The notes under the pieces are model-generated. The model did not search any database and was not told the origin of the DNA. It saw only the letters and a program-made list of their open reading frames with translations. The position numbers were made by a program, and so were the translations under genes. From Candidatus Woesearchaeota archaeon (GTDB lineage Archaea; Nanobdellota; Nanobdellia; SCGC-AAA011-G17; UBA489), in the NCBI GenBank assembly GCA_964366415.1, contig CAYITG010000001.1, positions 11,649-75,648 of the forward strand: 64,000 bases of DNA, read 5' to 3'. Positions 24,893 through 37,000 of the stretch are shown here, in pieces (position 1 is the stretch's first letter; every line of letters begins with the position of its first letter).

Positions 24893-25635
24893 AGATGATG
24901 ACAAAAAATATGAAGAAAGAAACACCAAAGAAAAAAGGCAACCGTCCTGATGGACGCGCTGCCAATGAACTTCGCGAGATGGAAGCGAAAGTTGGAATTA
25001 TTAAACGAGCAGATGGCAGTGCGATGTTCCGCATAGGAAAAACTATTGCTTTAGCTGCAGTGTATGGACCACGAGAATTACATCCAAAATTCTTACAGAA
25101 TCCTGAAAAGGGAGTTTTGCGATGTCATTACAACATGCTTGCATTCTCCGGATCGGGAGAACGCGTGAAACCAGGTCCAACTAGGCGATCGCGTGAACTT
25201 GGTTTGATCATTGAGAAAGCATTGACACCTGTCTTGAGTTTGGATCAGTATCCGAACGCAGTCATTGATGTGTTTGTCGAATTATTGCAAACCGATTCTG
25301 GAACACGTTGCGCAGGCGTTTGTGCTGCCTCCTTGGCATTAGCTGACGCTGGCATCCCGATGAAAGATTTAGTAAGCGCAGTTTCCGTTGGCATTGTCAA
25401 TGGTAATGTTGTTGCTGACTTAACGAAAGAAGAAGAAGATCTTGACGGAGCAGTTGACATTCCTGTTGGTGTTTTACCACGCACAGGAGCATACAGCTTG
25501 CTTCAGATGGATGGAGAAATCAGCAAAGAACAATTACGTGAAGCGCTTGAGCTTGGGAAAAAAGTCTGCCTTGACGTTTTCAAAGTTCAACAGAAAGCAC
25601 TTAAGGAGAGTTATCACCATGCACAGAATCACTAA
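24889..25635 (+). CDS. rrp41: Exosome subunit Rrp41 (RNase PH domain)
   Basis: RPDGRAANELREMEAKVGIIKRADGSAMFRIGKT... is RNase PH-like. The start overlaps the rrp4 stop as GTGA. An alternative ATG exists at 24895. Confidence 0.9.
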   Translation: MKMMTKNMKKETPKKKGNRPDGRAANELREMEAKVGIIKRADGSAMFRIGKTIALAAVYGPRELHPKFLQNPEKGVLRCHYNMLAFSGSGERVKPGPTRRSRELGLIIEKALTPVLSLDQYPNAVIDVFVELLQTDSGTRCAGVCAASLALADAGIPMKDLVSAVSVGIVNGNVVADLTKEEEDLDGAVDIPVGVLPRTGAYSLLQMDGEISKEQLREALELGKKVCLDVFKVQQKALKESYHHAQNH

Positions 25636-26404
25636 AGAACATATTGAACAGTTACTCGCGAAAAACTTGCGTGAAGATGGAAGAGCGCTTGATGCGTATC
25701 GTAAACCTGTTACGATTGAGTATGGCATTTCTCCCAAAACTGCAGACGGCAGTGCCCGTGTCCGCATTGGCAACACAGAAGTTGTTGCTGGTGTGAAACT
25801 TGACGTGAATGCACCTTACCCTGATACTGCAGATCAAGGAAATCTTATCGTCAGTTGTGAATTATTGCCCTTAAGTAGCCCTGAGTTTGAATCAGGACCA
25901 CCAAGCATTGATTCTATTGAATTGTCTCGTGTCGTTGACCGAGGCATTCGAGAAAGCCATGCTGTGGACTTGAAGAAACTTTGCATCAAGGAAGGAGAAA
26001 AAGTGTGGGTGTTGTTTGTTGACATTTATCCTATCAATGATGATGGCAACTTATTTGACGCAGCCAATCTTGCAGCGTTAGCAGCATTGAAAGATGCTCG
26101 TTTCCCGGACTATGACGCAAAATCAGGAAAAGTAAACTGTGAAGAACGCACGAGCAAGAAATTACCTTTACAGAACATTCCGATGGCTGTGACTGTCTTG
26201 AAAGTCGGCAAGCATTTGCTTGTTGATCCGAGCACGAATGAAGAACATAGCATTGATGCACGCTTGACTGTTGTCAGCTTGGAAGATGGTCGTGTTTGCG
26301 CCATGCAAAAAGGCGGCGACATGGAACTGACTGTGGAAGAGATTAATCACATGGTTGATCTTGCCCAAAAGAAATCAAAAGAACTTCGCAAAGTTTTGGA
26401 GTGA
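25619..26404 (+). CDS. rrp42: Exosome subunit Rrp42 (RNase PH-like)
   Basis: Internal ATG preceded by an SD (AAGGAGAG). REDGRALDAYRKPVTIEYGISPKTADGSARVRIGNTEV is Rrp42-like. Confidence 0.9.
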   Translation: MHRITKEHIEQLLAKNLREDGRALDAYRKPVTIEYGISPKTADGSARVRIGNTEVVAGVKLDVNAPYPDTADQGNLIVSCELLPLSSPEFESGPPSIDSIELSRVVDRGIRESHAVDLKKLCIKEGEKVWVLFVDIYPINDDGNLFDAANLAALAALKDARFPDYDAKSGKVNCEERTSKKLPLQNIPMAVTVLKVGKHLLVDPSTNEEHSIDARLTVVSLEDGRVCAMQKGGDMELTVEEINHMVDLAQKKSKELRKVLE

Positions 26405-26410
26405 TAAGAC

Positions 26411-26617
26411 ATGATGAAGTTTACTAAATATGAAGAAGCACGCATTATTGGAGCACGCGCTTTACAAGTCGCTATGGGAGCACCTATCTTAGTTGCTCTT
26501 ACCAAACCTGAACTCGAAAAGATGAAGTATAGTCCTATCGAGATTGCGAAGAAAGAGTTCTATACGAACGTGTTACCTATTACCATTAAAAGGCCACTTC
26601 CTACGAAGCTGGCTTAA
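26411..26617 (+). CDS. rpoK: DNA-directed RNA polymerase subunit K (Rpo6)
   Basis: 68 aa containing TKYEEARIIGARALQVAMGAP. Confidence 0.85.
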   Translation: MMKFTKYEEARIIGARALQVAMGAPILVALTKPELEKMKYSPIEIAKKEFYTNVLPITIKRPLPTKLA

Positions 26618-26627
26618 TTTCTTTTTT

Positions 26628-27152
26628 ATGAAAGTAACAACCTTAGCTGGTTTATGTGACACTTTCCTTTACTCAGCAAGCACTTTCAGTCAACAAGAAG
26701 ATGCAAAAAAATACTTATCCCAACGGTTAGGACATCCTGATGAAGGATCTCAATTTGATCGCCATCTTGGAACATTGAAACATCTTTTTAGAATTCCTTA
26801 TCTTGGCAAAACTTTTACGACAGCAGGACTATATTGTCTGATGCAGCAAGGATATGATGCACTCCTATTGCAATTACACCAAGAATTGATCGGTCATACT
26901 GCATTTCAAGTTCACGAGGATCATTCCTTGCATATTTTCTCTATTGAAGTTCTCACTTCGTATCGAGGAAATGGACTTGCAACTTACATGACAGAGCAGA
27001 TGTTTACCGAAGCAAGAAAAAAAGGAATACAAAGAATAAGAGTAGGTGGTGGAGGTCATGAAACAGTCAATGCCATTCATCAACATTTTTTGAAGCGACA
27101 AGGAGAGTTTCATATTAAAATTAGTGAAGATAATTGGGTTGATCTTCTGTGA
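26628..27152 (+). CDS. GNAT-family N-acetyltransferase (putative)
   Basis: Starts at the internal ATG MKVTT. Motif-A-like IFSIEVLTSYRGNGLATYMTEQMFTEARKKG is present. Confidence 0.5.
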   Translation: MKVTTLAGLCDTFLYSASTFSQQEDAKKYLSQRLGHPDEGSQFDRHLGTLKHLFRIPYLGKTFTTAGLYCLMQQGYDALLLQLHQELIGHTAFQVHEDHSLHIFSIEVLTSYRGNGLATYMTEQMFTEARKKGIQRIRVGGGGHETVNAIHQHFLKRQGEFHIKISEDNWVDLL

Positions 27153-27212
27153 TTTTGTTTCTTTTCATAGTAGTAAGCATACTTATAAAAATTGATACTA
27201 AAAATCATTCTT

Positions 27213-27737
27213 ATGGAATACTTCATCACTCATAATGTTGGAGAACCTGCGCGAACTGCTTTACAGTCTATTATCGATGGAATACAAACACAATTTGCTG
27301 TGACTCGTTTACAACTTCCCCCACATATTACTCTCAAGTATTACATGTCTTTGCCTGATACCAATGGACTTGAAACACTTTGTGAACAAGCACAGAGTTT
27401 ACTTGGCGGAGTATATTCTCTTTACGCGCATGGCAACCCCTCTTGGACCGAGGGAAAGAAAGGCATTACTTTTTTTCTTTCTACTCATACTTCAGGAGTT
27501 TTTGAGCCAGCTTCGAGAATGTTCATCCAACACTTACCAGTTCATTCTTATGATTTAGAAGAGTTGTGGACGTATCATGTTACTTTAGCAATGGGTGTTC
27601 AACATGATGATGTTCGAACAGTTTGTGATTTTATTACAGAACGATGTTTGTCTTTTGATTGTGTTTTTGATTCTCTTACTATTGTACGGCGCGATGAACA
27701 TGTGTTGCGAGAATACAAAACATTTCAAAATTGTTAA
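27213..27737 (+). CDS. 2H phosphoesterase superfamily (LigT / 2'-5' RNA ligase-like)
   Basis: It has two HxT motifs, PPHITLKY and YHVTLAMG, at the spacing expected for a 2H fold. The ATG at 27213 is preferred over the TTG at 27192. Confidence 0.6.
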   Translation: MEYFITHNVGEPARTALQSIIDGIQTQFAVTRLQLPPHITLKYYMSLPDTNGLETLCEQAQSLLGGVYSLYAHGNPSWTEGKKGITFFLSTHTSGVFEPASRMFIQHLPVHSYDLEELWTYHVTLAMGVQHDDVRTVCDFITERCLSFDCVFDSLTIVRRDEHVLREYKTFQNC

Positions 27738-27864
27738 ACATTTCATTTCTTATTCAAATGTAGTTACACTTTTGTTCTCATTTGAGAATGGTTGTAAAAA
27801 TATTTAAAGGCTCAATTGACACATAACTTATACACTATTCCTTTAAAAACGGAGGTGAAGACTA

Positions 27865-28536
27865 GTGGCAGGATTTTTATATGAAACCAGTCAGGCTATA
27901 ACGAGTCCTTTGGGGGCTATCTGGGCAGCGATTGTTTCTCAATTGCCGTCACTGGTTGCGGCTATCATCGTTCTTATTATCGGTGTATTTGTTGCTGTCA
28001 TATTAGGTCATGCATTGCGCGTAGTGCTAGAAAAATTACGCGTAGATGATTATGTACGAAAAGCTCATATCACACGAACTGTTGGACATACGCATGTCCC
28101 TGCATTCGTTGGTGAGTTATTCAAATGGTATATTATCATCTTGTTCTTGCAACAGGCAGTTGCGCTGGTTAACCTTGGAACCTTAAGCTTGTTATTGGAC
28201 AGCTTTGTTGGTTGGTTACCTAAAGTTATCATTGCTATTGTAGTGTTACTGTTCGGTTTAGCAGTAGCAAACTATGTAGAAATGAAGACTGTGCAATTCA
28301 GCCAGCAGCGTGGCATCAAAGCAAGTGGCGCCATTTTAAAATGGGTCATTGTTGTGATGGTGTTAATCTTAGCGTTGCGACAGATCGGCGTAGAAGTGGG
28401 ATTATTAGAAAACACTTTCTTGTTGATCATTGGATCCTTGGCGATTGGACTTGCCTTGGCCTTAGGAATTGGCTTAGGACTTGGCTTACGCAAAGAATCT
28501 GAAGGCTTTGTCAAGAACTTAAAGAAGTACTTTTAG
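27865..28536 (+). CDS. Multi-pass membrane protein, conserved-TM-helix (mechanosensitive-channel-associated) type
   Basis: 223 aa with a GTG start after an SD (GGAGGTGA). It has repeated TM-helix modules, each followed by a charged loop. Confidence 0.6.
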   Translation: MAGFLYETSQAITSPLGAIWAAIVSQLPSLVAAIIVLIIGVFVAVILGHALRVVLEKLRVDDYVRKAHITRTVGHTHVPAFVGELFKWYIIILFLQQAVALVNLGTLSLLLDSFVGWLPKVIIAIVVLLFGLAVANYVEMKTVQFSQQRGIKASGAILKWVIVVMVLILALRQIGVEVGLLENTFLLIIGSLAIGLALALGIGLGLGLRKESEGFVKNLKKYF

Positions 28537-28555
28537 TACTTCTCTTTTTCTTTTT

Positions 28556-28885
28556 TTATTCTTTCTTTCTAACTGGAAGCCCATAATATTCCACAATTGC
28601 TTCGTAATTGTGTACATTATCGCTTGGTGTCCTATGTATGACGTTTCGTTGCGCATTTACAATCGCTTCGATGCCTAATTCTTTTAGATTGGCTGTAGAC
28701 CTTCTTGGATGTAGATTTTCAAGCATTACACTTTCTCTAAATGTTTCATACGTTATTATTGTGGCACCATCATTTATTCTGTTTCTTCTAACAATTTCAG
28801 TGGAATATCCCACAAGACTTTCATAATCACTTTTACTTCCTGGAAAAATTCTTATTTCTATTCCAGAAGAAATCTTTGTTGTCAT
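28556..28885 (-). CDS. Hypothetical protein
   Basis: 109-aa ORF overlapping the upstream ORF by 4 nt (ATGA). No motif was recognised. Confidence 0.45.
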   Translation of the reverse strand: MTTKISSGIEIRIFPGSKSDYESLVGYSTEIVRRNRINDGATIITYETFRESVMLENLHPRRSTANLKELGIEAIVNAQRNVIHRTPSDNVHNYEAIVEYYGLPVRKKE

Positions 28886-29130
28886 TTTATACTCCCTTTA
28901 TTTACACTTCTTTCTAATTGGCTTTCGTTTACTGTCATTTCAGGTGAATCAGCCATTGCTTTTTTAATATAATTCCCAGCATACGCTGCTACTCTAACCA
29001 TTACTGCTTCAGCAAACATTCCTAAAATAAAACCTTTTTCCCGTCCCTTTTGGTATTCTGCTTTTGTATATCTTAATTCCACGTAACGACCATAATAAGT
29101 TTCTTCTGGTCTTTTGAAAAGATTAAACAT
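28882..29130 (-). CDS. Hypothetical protein
   Basis: 82-aa ORF in the middle of a three-gene minus-strand cassette. No motif was recognised. Confidence 0.45.
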   Translation of the reverse strand: MFNLFKRPEETYYGRYVELRYTKAEYQKGREKGFILGMFAEAVMVRVAAYAGNYIKKAMADSPEMTVNESQLERSVNKGSIK

Positions 29131-29148
29131 TTTTGTCCTTAATGACCT

Positions 29149-29508
29149 TTATTTTTTTTGATTAATTCTTTCGTAGCATTCATTCACTTTGCTTGCAAAA
29201 TCTTCTGGACAAACTGCTGCTACGATCTCTGGAATACGCAATCTCAAAACCGCATATAATTGTAAAGGATAACCAGACAATTTTCTACTTACTTGTTTTC
29301 CTGAAAATCCATTTACACCTTTTTCCATATCATAGAAAGCTAGTTCTGTTGCTAAAATAAAACCTTCTGGCACTAATGTTGGATTTAAGTAGTCTGCCAA
29401 ATGTGCACCTAAGTGATGTATAATTTCATCTTCATTTGGCATATGTTCGCGAAGATTTCTTAATTTCTCTTTTACTGGTTCCATTGAAATTGCGCCTTCT
29501 AATGACAT
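29149..29508 (-). CDS. Hypothetical protein (paralogue of 21647-21973)
   Basis: 119 aa. PVKEKLRNLREHMP...HHLGAHLA...PEGF...AVCPEDFASKVNECY can be aligned with the 21647-21973 product. Confidence 0.5.
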   Translation of the reverse strand: MSLEGAISMEPVKEKLRNLREHMPNEDEIIHHLGAHLADYLNPTLVPEGFILATELAFYDMEKGVNGFSGKQVSRKLSGYPLQLYAVLRLRIPEIVAAVCPEDFASKVNECYERINQKK

Positions 29509-29698
29509 TTTTTTCCTCCAATGTAAATATGATAATGGATTTTAATTTGTTCCAGTTTATAAATCTTTCTATTTGTAACTACTCATAAGAAGTACTAAAA
29601 TGCCTTTGATTTAACCTTCAGAAATGGAAGCGAAATGCCATAAGCAGCATTGCCATCTCTTTATAGTTTCCATGAACAAGAATCACCTTTAAGTAAAC

Positions 29699-29706
29699 TT
29701 TATAAA
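29699..29706 (+). promoter_or_regulatory. TATA box for rps2, leaderless-type spacing
   Basis: tttataaa ending 23 nt before the ATG at 29729. Confidence 0.55.
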
Positions 29707-29728
29707 GCTCTTTTGAAGAATTTCTTCT

Positions 29729-30337
29729 ATGACTGTTCAACAAGACAACTTCCTTGTGCCTTTAGACACTTATCTTAAGGCCGGATTACATATTGGTACT
29801 AAATTCAAGACTGCGTATATGAGTCCCTTTATCTATAAGATACGACCTGATGGACTGTCTGTTCTTAATGTTCAAGCTATCAACAAACGCATTGAAACTG
29901 CGTGTTCTTTTTTAAGTAGATTTAAACCTGAAGAAATCTTAGTTGTTGGCAAGCGAGAAAATGGCTGGAAGGCCATGAAATTGTTTTCTGATGCGACCGG
30001 TATTCGCACGTATCCTGGACGTTATCATCCTGGTATTATGACCAATCCGCAATTGGAAGACTTCTTAGAAGTCAAAGTTATTGTTGTTACTGATCCTTGG
30101 CCTGACAAAGACGCTGTGAGAGATGCTGTGAGCATTGGCGCTGCAGTGATTGCTTTATGTGATACCAACAATGAATGTACTTATGTTGATCTTGTGATTC
30201 CTTGTAACAATAAAGGAAAGAAAAGTTTGGGATTATTCTTCTATATCTTAGCACGAGAATACTTGAAAAGTCAAGGTTCAGTGAAAGACGATAAAGACAT
30301 GAAAATTCCCCTTGAAGAGTTCTTGAAGGAAGAATAA
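29729..30337 (+). CDS. rps2: Ribosomal protein S2 (uS2)
   Basis: 202 aa containing YLKAGLHIGTKFKT...PDGLSVLNV. A TATA lies 23 nt upstream of the ATG. Confidence 0.9.
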   Translation: MTVQQDNFLVPLDTYLKAGLHIGTKFKTAYMSPFIYKIRPDGLSVLNVQAINKRIETACSFLSRFKPEEILVVGKRENGWKAMKLFSDATGIRTYPGRYHPGIMTNPQLEDFLEVKVIVVTDPWPDKDAVRDAVSIGAAVIALCDTNNECTYVDLVIPCNNKGKKSLGLFFYILAREYLKSQGSVKDDKDMKIPLEEFLKEE

Positions 30338-30340
30338 ATC

Positions 30341-30655
30341 ATGCGTGATTATTTTTTAGGTTTGAACATCGTACAACGCCCCCTCTTACTTTATTACGAA
30401 CAATCCCTTCAAGACCATTTACATCAACATATTCCTGGTTCTGTTCGTTTCTTAGCATCTCATGTACGTCAAGATAGACCTAGTTCAACTATTATGTACT
30501 ACCATCTTTCTACAGAAGTGCCTCTTACAGAACAGATGATTTTAGCAATCCCTAATCGGGTTGATAGTCTTGAATTTACCGTAGAATCTTTTTATTCTAT
30601 GCACGATAAGTTACGTCCTATAAGAACCGTTACAACTTTAGAAACCTTCAGTTAA
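30341..30655 (+). CDS. Hypothetical protein
   Basis: 104-aa ORF starting 3 nt after the rps2 stop. No motif was recognised. Confidence 0.4.
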   Translation: MRDYFLGLNIVQRPLLLYYEQSLQDHLHQHIPGSVRFLASHVRQDRPSSTIMYYHLSTEVPLTEQMILAIPNRVDSLEFTVESFYSMHDKLRPIRTVTTLETFS

Positions 30656-31179
30656 TTCATTTCAATAACCTTATCTACAATTTTATGCACGTGAGATGCG
30701 TGCTGTGGATGCAATTTTTCTCGATCATAGACGAAAATTCCCTTGGCATGATGCAGCTTTAATTTTGCATTTAGAGTTTTGAGAAAGGATTGTATTTTTT
30801 CTTCTGGATAGACTAACGGCAATGCTTCTATGCCATCAATCACCATGAATCGTTGCTTGATCGGAAGCTTCTGAAGAAGATGTTCTGTTGTTTCTATCAT
30901 CTGTTGCATGTTGTATGCCGTGTATGTGGTATTTTCTGCTTCTAATACCGAGCCAATGACTTTTGCTAAAGGATCAATCATGTGCAATTTTTGCGTATTT
31001 ATTCCGCTATTGTGAAGATTCCTTCGCAAGTTATATGCTGTTTTATGCAGGGTTAAACAAATTCCAGGATGATGAAAAATATCCGTAATCTGATATGCCT
31101 TATGATGATTTTGTAATGTGGTGCTTAATGCTATATTGAAATCATGAGGTAGTTCTTGGAGTAGGTGTTCTGGTAGCAT
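30652..31179 (-). CDS. Hypothetical protein, possibly a degenerate KaiC/RecA-like domain without a Walker A
   Basis: 175 aa. Its C-terminal pattern FMVIDGIEALPLVY...FLKTLNAKLKLHHAKGIFVY recalls the KaiC/RecA superfamily core. No P-loop was seen. Confidence 0.4.
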   Translation of the reverse strand: MLPEHLLQELPHDFNIALSTTLQNHHKAYQITDIFHHPGICLTLHKTAYNLRRNLHNSGINTQKLHMIDPLAKVIGSVLEAENTTYTAYNMQQMIETTEHLLQKLPIKQRFMVIDGIEALPLVYPEEKIQSFLKTLNAKLKLHHAKGIFVYDREKLHPQHASHVHKIVDKVIEMN

Positions 31180-31188
31180 GGTTCCTCT

Positions 31189-31458
31189 TCATTCTAATGC
31201 TTTGAGCATCTCTTTTGCTTCTTCAAGAGAAGTGTTTAACATTGCTGCAGCCTTTCCTATTGATATTTTTTTCGCTTTATAGAGCTGAAAAGCGATCAAA
31301 GCTGCTAAACCTTTATTGGTCTTTAATGTAGAGCGAATGGCATCTCTGAGGAATTCTGAAAGGGAGTCGTAGTAGCCTGTAGACGCAATACATTCGAGTA
31401 TTTCTTTCAAATCAGAGGGTGCAGTGAACGTCACGACATGGCTATGTTGATCTTTCAT
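31189..31458 (-). CDS. Small DNA-binding protein, RHH (CopG)-like plus UPF0175-like HTH
   Basis: 89 aa containing SLSEFLRDAIRSTL and ALIAFQLYKAKKISIGKAAAMLNTSLEEAKEML. Confidence 0.5.
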   Translation of the reverse strand: MKDQHSHVVTFTAPSDLKEILECIASTGYYDSLSEFLRDAIRSTLKTNKGLAALIAFQLYKAKKISIGKAAAMLNTSLEEAKEMLKALE

Positions 31459-31665
31459 ATTACTAAAATATTATTGGGATGTTATCATATATAAAGATAT
31501 CTCTTTTTATGAATGCTGTCACTGATGCTTCCCTAGCCCTTCTTTTTTTCTTTTTTTGTGTTTATAGACCTAATAGACATATTTTAAGCTGTTTTAAGAT
31601 GGAGAAAGATTTTAATAGTTCGACACCTCTTGAATTGTATCTCGACTCTCTTGGGGAAGTTTGAG

Positions 31666-31673
31666 ATATTTAA
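31666..31673 (+). promoter_or_regulatory. TATA-like element for gyrB
   Basis: atatttaa ending 21 nt before the ATG at 31694. Confidence 0.4.
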
Positions 31674-31687
31674 CCGTTAACACTTAG

Positions 31688-34031
<2,344 letters not shown>

Positions 34032-37000
34032 ATGCCAGAAGACATTCAGCAACGACTCATTGAACAGGAAATGAAGGAAAATTATGTAGATTATGCTATG
34101 TCTGTCATTATCAGCAGAGCGTTGCCAGATATTCGTGATGGATTAAAACCAGTGCATCGTCGCATCCTGTATTCGATGTGGAAATTAGGATTAACACATA
34201 CTGCTAAATCACGTAAATCTGCCCATGTTGTGGGTAATGTCATGGCGCGATATCATCCTCATGGTGATACTGCTATCTATGATTCTTTAGTTCGTATGGC
34301 TCAGGATTTTTCCTTGCGCTATCCTTTGATACAAGGCCAGGGTAATTTTGGAAATATTGACGGCGATCGCGCTGCAGCAATGCGTTACTGCGTTACGGGG
34401 GACAGCCTTATTGTTACAAACAAAGGATTAGTGAGAATAAATGGACTTTCTGATACGGAAGAGATAGATGCCAAAGTGTTATCAAAAGACAAAAAAGTGC
34501 ATCATGCCTCTAAATGGTTTGATTCTGGAGAGCATCCTACCTTAAAAATAACAACAAATAAAGGGTACCGCCTTACAGGAACACATAACCATCCCGTACT
34601 TACCCTTCAAAAGGATGAACATGGAAAACCTTCCCTTAGATGGAAACTTTTAGAAGAGATACAGGAAGGGGATTTTGTTGTTCTTGATCGTCTGGGGGAT
34701 GATTTTTTCCCCAAAAAAGAAGTGAGTTTAGATCAGTTTTTTCCCCAAAATTTACACTATCGAACGAAAAAAAGAATATTGCCCAGAACCCTCTCTAAAG
34801 ATCTTTCATTTATTTTAGGATCATTTGTTGCGGAAGGCAGCATCACCGAAAAGAAAATTGAGTTCTGCAATACTGATAAAGAATGGATTGAACTTTTAGA
34901 AGAGAAATGGAATACATTATTTCCCGATAGCAAGCTCCACAAATTCAAGAGAAGACCGAGTTCATATGGTAAAAAAGAGTATTACAGATTAGAATGCCAT
35001 TGCAGACATACTATTAAATTTCTGCAAAATATCGGTCTCGATCCAGTAAAATCTGCCAAAAAGGAGTTCCCTCAACTTGTTTTGCAATCACCCAAAGACG
35101 TGGTTTCTTACTTCTTAAAAGCCTATTTTGAAGGAGATGGAAGCATTAGTTTTTCTAGAAAGATGGTTGAATTAAGTTGTTGTTCCATAAGCGAAAAGCT
35201 CATTGATGTTCTTCAAGTGGTTTTATTGCGTTTTGGCATTGATGCAACAAAAAGATTTGATCCCTACAGGAAGACATGGAAACTTTACCTTAGAGGAAAT
35301 CGAAATGTCCTTCGATTCTATAAAGAAATTGGTTTCTTCTCCCTGCATAAAACAAAAAAACTAGAATTTGTTATTTCTAATTATGAGAAAGAGCAGAGCT
35401 TGACGGATTACGTTCCTTTTCTCTCCGATTATCTTAGGGGCATGAGCACTGCAAGAGATATCCATCATTATAACATAGATCGATATAACCATCTAGGGGC
35501 AAGAGCAGAAAATATTTCTTCCATTATTCTTCAAGAGACAGGACAAGATGTAAGTCAAATGATTGGATATCTTCTTACTTACCAATACTTATTTGAACCA
35601 GTAATTAAAATTGAGAATGCAGGAATTCAGAACGTCTATTCAATAAAGGTGGAGAGCGACTGCCATTCCTTTATTTCTAATGGAATTATCAGCCACAACA
35701 CGGAAGCACGCTTACATAAAATAGCTGAAGAACTTCTCGAGGACATTGAAAAAGATACTGTAGACTTTGTTCCTAATTATGATAACTCTACTACGGAACC
35801 TGTTGTGCTGCCTTCGAAGTTGCCTAATTTATTGATCAATGGAAGTTCAGGTATTGCTGTAGGCATGGCAACAAATATTCCTCCCCATAATATTGGAGAA
35901 ATTATTCAAGGATTAATTGCAGTCATTGACAAACCAGACCTTACTGTTGATGAATTGTTTCAGTATATCAAAGGACCGGATTTTCCTACTGCTGCGCAGA
36001 TTATTGGAACAACTGGCATCAAAGAAGCATATCGCACAGGACGCGGAAAGATTGTTGTCAAGGGAAAAGCAGTTGTTGAAGACCATAAGATTATCATCAC
36101 TGAGATTCCTTATATGGTCAACAAAGGACTTCTCATTGAGGACATGGCACGGTTAGTGCGAGAAGATGTTTTGGAAGGCATTAGTGACATTCGTGATGAA
36201 AGTGACCGGCAAGGCATGAGCATTGTCATTGAAGTCAAAAAGAATGCCGAGCCAGAAGTTGTCTTGAATCAACTGTACAAACATACGACTTTGAGAAGCG
36301 TTTTTGGCGTCATTATGCTTGCCATTCATGAGAAAAAACCTGTTGTGATGAACCTGAAGGACATGCTTGCGCATTTCATTGCGCATCGCAAAACTGTTGT
36401 GACCAGAAGAACGCAACATGAACTCAAGAAATCAGAAGAGAAAGCGCATTTGTTATTGGGATTGAAAATAGCACTAGAACATGTCGATGATGTTGTGAAA
36501 TTGATCAAGCAAGCTGAAACTGTTGAGATTGCGCGGATAGGATTAATGACGACGTATCAACTTTCTGAATTACAAGCAAATGCAATCTTAGATATGAAGT
36601 TGCAGAGATTAACTTCTTTAGAAACTGAAAAACTAAAAAGGGAATATGAAGAGACCTTGCTGTTTATTGAACGATGCAAAGAGATTTTGGGAAGTGAACT
36701 GAAAATCTATACCATTATCAAAGATGAACTCTCGCAATTACAAAAATCCTATGCTGATGATAGGCGTACTGTTATTTTAGAGAACGAAGAACAAGAAGTC
36801 ACAGAAGATTTGATTCAAGAAGAAGAGGTGGTTGTCACGTTAACAACTGCAGGGTATATCAAACAGATTCCTCTCTCTGTGTATCGTGAGCAGAAACGAG
36901 GAGGCATGGGTGTCAAAGGAACAGGCATCAAAGAAGAGGATGCAGTTGATACTTTATTCGTTACGTCGAATAAGAATTATCTCTTGTTATTTACGAATGA

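Noticed and set aside
24527-24950. ORFs 24527-24847 (minus) and 24588-24950 (plus, alternative frame) overlapping the rrp4 tail
   Set aside because: They are by-products of the GGT/GGC-rich repeat, which is open in several frames. The Rrp4 frame is continuous with its S1/KH domains.
30652-31458. Toxin-antitoxin reading of the RHH/UPF0175-like gene (31189-31458) with the downstream 175-aa gene
   Set aside because: The 175-aa product shows no PIN, RelE, HEPN, MNT or other toxin motif. It looks more like a degenerate KaiC/RecA-type domain. The pair is left as hypothetical.
31479-31664. 61-aa ORF upstream of gyrB
   Set aside because: It is a T-rich low-complexity peptide lying in the promoter spacer between divergent genes. 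No SD or TATA is at the proper distance.
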